Of a stretch of DNA of 64,000 nt, positions 59,098-64,000 are shown piece by piece; the first letter of the stretch is position 1, and the number at the start of each line of letters is the position of its first letter. The position numbers were made by a program, and so were the translations under genes. Under the pieces are notes generated by a model. It saw nothing but the letters and a program-made list of their open reading frames with translations, made no database searches and was not told where the DNA came from. The stretch spans positions 159,898,001-159,962,000 of the forward strand of contig NC_088792.1 in NCBI RefSeq assembly GCF_011386835.1, given 5' to 3'. This stretch comes from Chrysemys picta bellii. Its lineage: Eukaryota.

Positions 59098-59384
59098 ACT
59101 GAATGCTCCTCGCCATCCTCTTCAACACACTCTCATCTGTAGCCCGTCCTACACCCCCAGAGCGCCTCGCTACCCTAGAAAAGCAAATTAATGCTCCATT
59201 TCCTGATGCTCACACTGCATACAAAAGCAACTTCCCCTGCCTCTGACTGCATGCATGCAATCATCTGCATATGTATTCGTGCACCAGGTAAACATGCAAC
59301 ACGCACACACAGCTTCCTTTGACTCTCCACTAAAACCAAGCTATGAGCCAGATTCCAATACCCCTGCCTGACATACAGTACCCA

Positions 59385-59612
59385 GGAAACATAGGCCTGG
59401 AAGGGACTTCCTGCGTCATCAAGTCCAGTCCTCTGCTATCACACCCAACGCCATCATATAATCCTGTTTATAAACTTATCAAGCGCCACCTGAAAACGAG
59501 TTAGGTAGTTGTCCCCCGCACTCCTCCTATTGAACGGCTGGTCCAGAACCTCACACCTCTGATGGTTAGAAACCTTCCTATCACTTCCAGCCTAAACGTA
59601 TTCCTGACCAGT
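59385..59612 (-). mobile_element. CR1 3' fragment
   Basis: ggaagggacttcctgcgtcatcaagtccagtcc..ctctgatggttagaaacctt. Confidence 0.75.
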
Positions 59613-61199
59613 GCCTTCATCCTCAAAGAGTCCCACTTAGCTGAGTCACTGGTGCTACTCTTGGAGTAAGTTACTACCCAACAAAGAATGTCAGTCGTTT
59701 GGCTTTGCGTGTCTATTATCCTACCAGTTCACCAGGTTCCATGCCTCCTTCTCTGTCCTCCTGTAGCGAGTCTCTCACTCACTCAAGCTCACACACACAT
59801 AGAAGTGGCTCTAATAATCAGAGCATCTCTCAGGCTTGGTGGACGCAGGGAATCACATTTAACTGTACGAATGGGTGCAAGAGGGGAATGGTTGAGTCTC
59901 CAAGCCTCATTCAATCTTTGGCCTCTGTGCTGAGATTACCAACCAGGGGGTCCCATCAGTGCTATTTGAGATGGTGGGCTTTTTGAGGAGGGCATCCAAG
60001 GGCAATGGCAAAGTTATAAATGTAAAATGACTCTTTCCATCTTGCCTGAAGCAAGTTGCAAGAAAACCCACTAAGCAGTGCTCTTATGCAAACACGTTAC
60101 ACTGGTAGGGAATCCAGACACCCAGCAGTTAATTTAAACATGTAAAATAAGATAACAGAAGCAAAAAAAAAAAAAACCCCTTCAGCCTTTACTTTCCATT
60201 AGCATGTGCCAGGTGGGGGGAGGAATGTTGGTATGTGTGTGTGTTTCTCAAGCATAAAATTCCAAAATTAAAACAGCTTCACATTGCAGATGTAATTTGA
60301 GGAGACAGTTTGGTTTGCAAAGAACCCCAGGTTCCAGGGGAAGCAGCTCTGAAACCCTGGCTTGGGTTCCAACTTTCAGTCCTAATGTTAAAAAGCACCA
60401 TCTTTCCCAGTACTTAAATGTTTTGACATGGAAACAGATGGTCAGGAAAGAGAACCAGGTGGATTTAACTTCACTGTCAGCTCCCCTTAGAGCAACCCAG
60501 AGGGGAAACAAAAAAATAGAGTGAAATTATAAAAGGAAAAACAAAAAAAGGAACAGATTCATGTTAAAGGTACAGAGGAGACATTCCAATGGGTGGGGAA
60601 GAACTTATCACCAGAATGTCGGCTCAGATCTCAGCAGGTATAAAACAGTTTAGCACCACTAAAGTCAATGGAGCTAAGCCACTTTACACCCGCTGAGGAT
60701 CTGGCCCTTGGGCTATAGTAAAACCTCTTGCAGGTATGTTGGATTTTTTACAGCTGAGCTCTGCTCTTAGGATTTCAGAACAATGATCCAGAGCAACCCC
60801 GCAATAACAATGACTGGCTGTGGCCAATTCTACAATAACAAAGCACAAAAAGCCATATTTGCATATAAATCTCAATAAATAAATTAGCTCTAGAATAGGA
60901 AAGCGGTACCAAGAGAAATCCTACAGTAACAAACCAGTGTCTACAAGAAGCCGCACAAAAATAGACCAGTGCTTCCTTCCAAAAAAGAATCAGAAGCAGT
61001 AGTGGGAGGAAAGATTTGTGACAATTATAAGAATGTCCCACTTAACTATTAGAATGATGCTAGAAAATCAGTACCTCATGGTGTCTTCCTGAACTTCTTT
61101 GGCTTAGTTTCAGAGGTGCTAGGCATCCTCAAACTCCAGTGAAGTCCTTTGCAGCTGCAAGTGGCCAGCGTCTTTGAGAGTCTGGCCCACTGGTCTCTA

Positions 61200-61400
61200 G
61201 CTGCACATGAGTTCTGTCCTCAGCTTTGCCACTGGCCTGCTGTGTGACCTTGGGCAAATCACTTCCCTTCTCTGTGCCTCAGGGTCTCCATGTGTAAAAT
61301 GGGGATAATGGCTTCCCTGTTTACCCACTAGGGGTGTTGTGTACATAAATTAATTTGTTAGGGTTCGTACAGTGTTGTCGGCATGCTGAGTGCTACCGCA
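61200..61400 (+). mobile_element. MIR-like CORE-SINE
   Basis: gctgtgtgaccttgggcaaatcacttcccttctctgtgcctcag..gtaaaatggggataat. Confidence 0.85.
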
Positions 61401-61760
61401 GCGCTGACCTGCCGTTGGTTATGAAAAGCTCGTAAAATAAAAAACAAGTATTATTTTTCTCTGGGGTTTTCCAAAAAGCCAGAAGCAGCTGGGTGCCCTG
61501 TTCCAAAAGCATTTCAATGGGATTTTGGCTGCATAGATCCCTTAAGCAGTGCTGGAAATCTCAGCCTAATATTTATTATTATTGCTTCAGGCAGCTCTAA
61601 GTGATTTAGGTATTTGGTATTCTAAGGGACTTGGTCATCTAGGTGGCTTTTGAAAATGCGTGTGGACGTACTGTCAGTGAGTGTGTATCAGGAAGCCATG
61701 TGAGTCAAGGGGCTGTGGGAGCAGAGGAGTGTGTGTGTGTTAGGGACCATATGTCCGGGG

Positions 61761-61764
<4 letters not shown>

Positions 61765-61793
<29 letters not shown>
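61765..61793. repeat. (TG)n microsatellite
   Basis: Direct reading. Confidence 0.95.
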
Positions 61794-61795
<2 letters not shown>

Positions 61796-63649
61796 GGGGA
61801 ACTGTGTCATGTGAGAGTGTGTCTGGGGGCTATTTATTCTATTTCAGCTTCTGGAGCTGTCATCCAGTGCTACCTTTAAGAGCTCTCTCTTTTTCTCCAG
61901 CTTGCCTAGCACTCCAGGCACTGTCTCCTGAGTGCTGGCCATGGTTTGTCAGCCAAAGGTGTGAACCCCACCAGAGTGTGATCTGCCTACTCCTCAGTGG
62001 AGCTGGGAGAGTTCAGCTGTCAGGCTGCAGTCCCCAGATCAGTAGTCTGCTCCCAAACCACCAGGGAGAATTTCTAGGAGCGGGGGATATGTGGATTTCA
62101 TATTTTTTTCCCTCTACAAAGAGTTATTCAGGCAGAAGTACTGCAGTGAGGCTGACCCTCTAGTCCAATCAAGGTCCCTCCTCCAGCCCCACATGCAAAC
62201 TGTAATCTTCCTAGCCCCAAACTCCTCTGCTCAGACACAGCTTGGAATCCCTCCTACACATAAGCTCCCCTGCACCCACAAATTTCTGTCTATCTATCCA
62301 GGCACTGCCACCATCTGGTAATTGCTCTCTGTGTCCTGGTGCTTTAAAGACTTGGTTTTCCCCATGCTACTCACAAGGGACAAAACCCTGAGAGGCAAAA
62401 CTAATGTAATCTCAAGGCTACCTGCCAACTAGGGTGTCTCATGGACCCTGAAGCTCTTTGTCAAGGGAGGCAGAAGGGTGGGGGAAGAAGGGGTTGCACT
62501 GTACATCCAGCAGCACTGAGCCTAGCGTGGATCTGACTACATCTGCACACACAGAGAGACAACTCAACAGATAATATCAAAGCAGTAAAGAAGAAATATG
62601 CAACAGATTAGTCCTGTATATTCAGGAAGGAGCAAAGGACACAACGCCGTCTGCACTGGATGACTGTAAAATAACACACTGCTGATAACAAACGGTGTCC
62701 ATGTCACAGAAGCACTTTCATACAACGTCAATATCGGTGAATGGCATTTCTAGCACAGGCCAGGGACTGAATGGGACAAGAAACATGAGCTCCTCTTTCC
62801 ACTTTTGAAGCAGTCTCTTGCAGAGCTGAGCTGAGGGACACTGGCTGGAGGCAGCGTGTGTGTGTGAGCGTGTGCACCCATGTACAAAGTCTGCACTGTG
62901 CCTGATGCTGCCCTGGGTTTCAAAAGAGGCCTCCAGGATTGTCAGTCTGGCACCTTTCAGTCAGGCTTTCTGGTCAGACTATATGTACTATGATGCATCC
63001 GTCTCCCCTCTTGCTGAGGTGGTGCATCATGGGAGCATCATGGGAGCTAAAGTCCAGCTGGGGAGTCCAGCCTGCAGAAGAAAATGGGAGCACGAGGCAC
63101 CTAAACTACAGCTCCCTGGAGACACTGCAGTGGCAGTTCAGAATTGAAATATTTTGGTTTTCAGGCTTTGTTTTTCAATGAAAAAATCTGTGACTAACAG
63201 ATACTTTTCGCCAAACAAAATATAATTTAGTAGAAAAAACAAATTTTCATTGAAAACCTGTTTTGATGGAAAATTTTCAACCAGACATCATCATAATTTG
63301 TTCTAACCAAAACCTCCCCCTAGTTATTCCAGGGAGAGCTGAATGCACTGGTCCCACAGAGGAAATTTGGCATAGAATAACAACACCACAGCATAGAATA
63401 ATAATACTTAGCATGTCTAACTATGCCATTCACCCAAGTATCTCAAACCACTCCAGAAACACTCCTTGATTGTCGTGACTTTCCTGAGGGGGAGGTCAGT
63501 ATTATTAATGCCTGTATTGCAGATGGAAAAAAATGCAACACAAACAGGTGACGTGACTCACTCAAGGCACGACAGTCCACGTACTTATACATTGTTGATT
63601 GTAGTATCTGAGCTCCTCATAATTGTTCATGGCTTTAACCTAACAACAC

Positions 63650-64000
63650 CACAGAAACGTAGGTTTGGAAGGGACCTTGAGAACTCATCAAGTCCAGCCC
63701 CCTGAGTTGATGCAGGACCAAGGTAACTTAGACCATACCTGACAGGTGTTTGTCCAACCTTCTTAAAAACTTCCAGTAACAGGGATTCCACCACCTCCTG
63801 TGGAATCCGGTTCCAATGCTTAACTCCCCTTATGGTTAGAAAGTTTTTCCTAATATCTAACCTCACTTTCCCTTTCTGAGATTAAGCCCATTACTTCTTG
63901 TCCTATCTTCAGTGACAGAGAACAATTAATTACAGACCCCTTCATAGCAGCCCTTAACATATTGAAGACTGCTATCAGGTGACTTCCTCAGTCTTCTTTT
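63650..64000 (-). mobile_element. CR1 3' portion running off the window
   Basis: ggaagggaccttgagaactcatcaagtccagccc. ORF 63627-63866 ([21 protein letters not shown]) is the ORF2 C-terminus. Confidence 0.92.

Noticed and set aside
62375-62387. Minus-strand 13-nt exon-like segment
   Set aside because: Motif only, frame-disrupting, with no independent support.
1-64000. CRISPR array, operon or other prokaryotic/phage system
   Set aside because: No regularly spaced repeat-spacer pattern and very low coding density. The repeat content is that of a vertebrate genome.

Overview
This is vertebrate nuclear DNA, almost certainly turtle (Testudines). The evidence is CR1 LINEs with 8-bp ATTCTATG/AATCTATG-type tails, a tRNA-derived SINE sharing its 3' tail with CR1 (tortoise polIII/SINE type), MIR-like CORE-SINEs, Penelope fragments, and many hAT and PIF/Harbinger MITEs. 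I can support no intact host protein-coding gene, rRNA, true tRNA or CRISPR array. The window reads as intronic or intergenic, and nearly all of the supplied ORFs are spurious. The only clearly protein-derived sequences are transposon-encoded: a full-length 2529-bp Chapaev3-like (CMC superfamily) DNA transposon at 3974-6502 (TTA TSD, transposase broken by one frameshift) and CR1 ORF2 remnants. The most notable structures are a three-level nested insertion (old CR1 > hAT MITE > second hAT MITE, 55.6-58.1 kb), a SINE inside a Penelope fragment, and two Penelope fragments with 13-bp TSDs and hammerhead-like cores. There are also low-confidence microexon and recursive-splice candidates, mostly on the minus strand. 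I did not find evidence for a new biological system. Family names are from recall and need Dfam/Repbase confirmation. Boundaries of old repeats are approximate.
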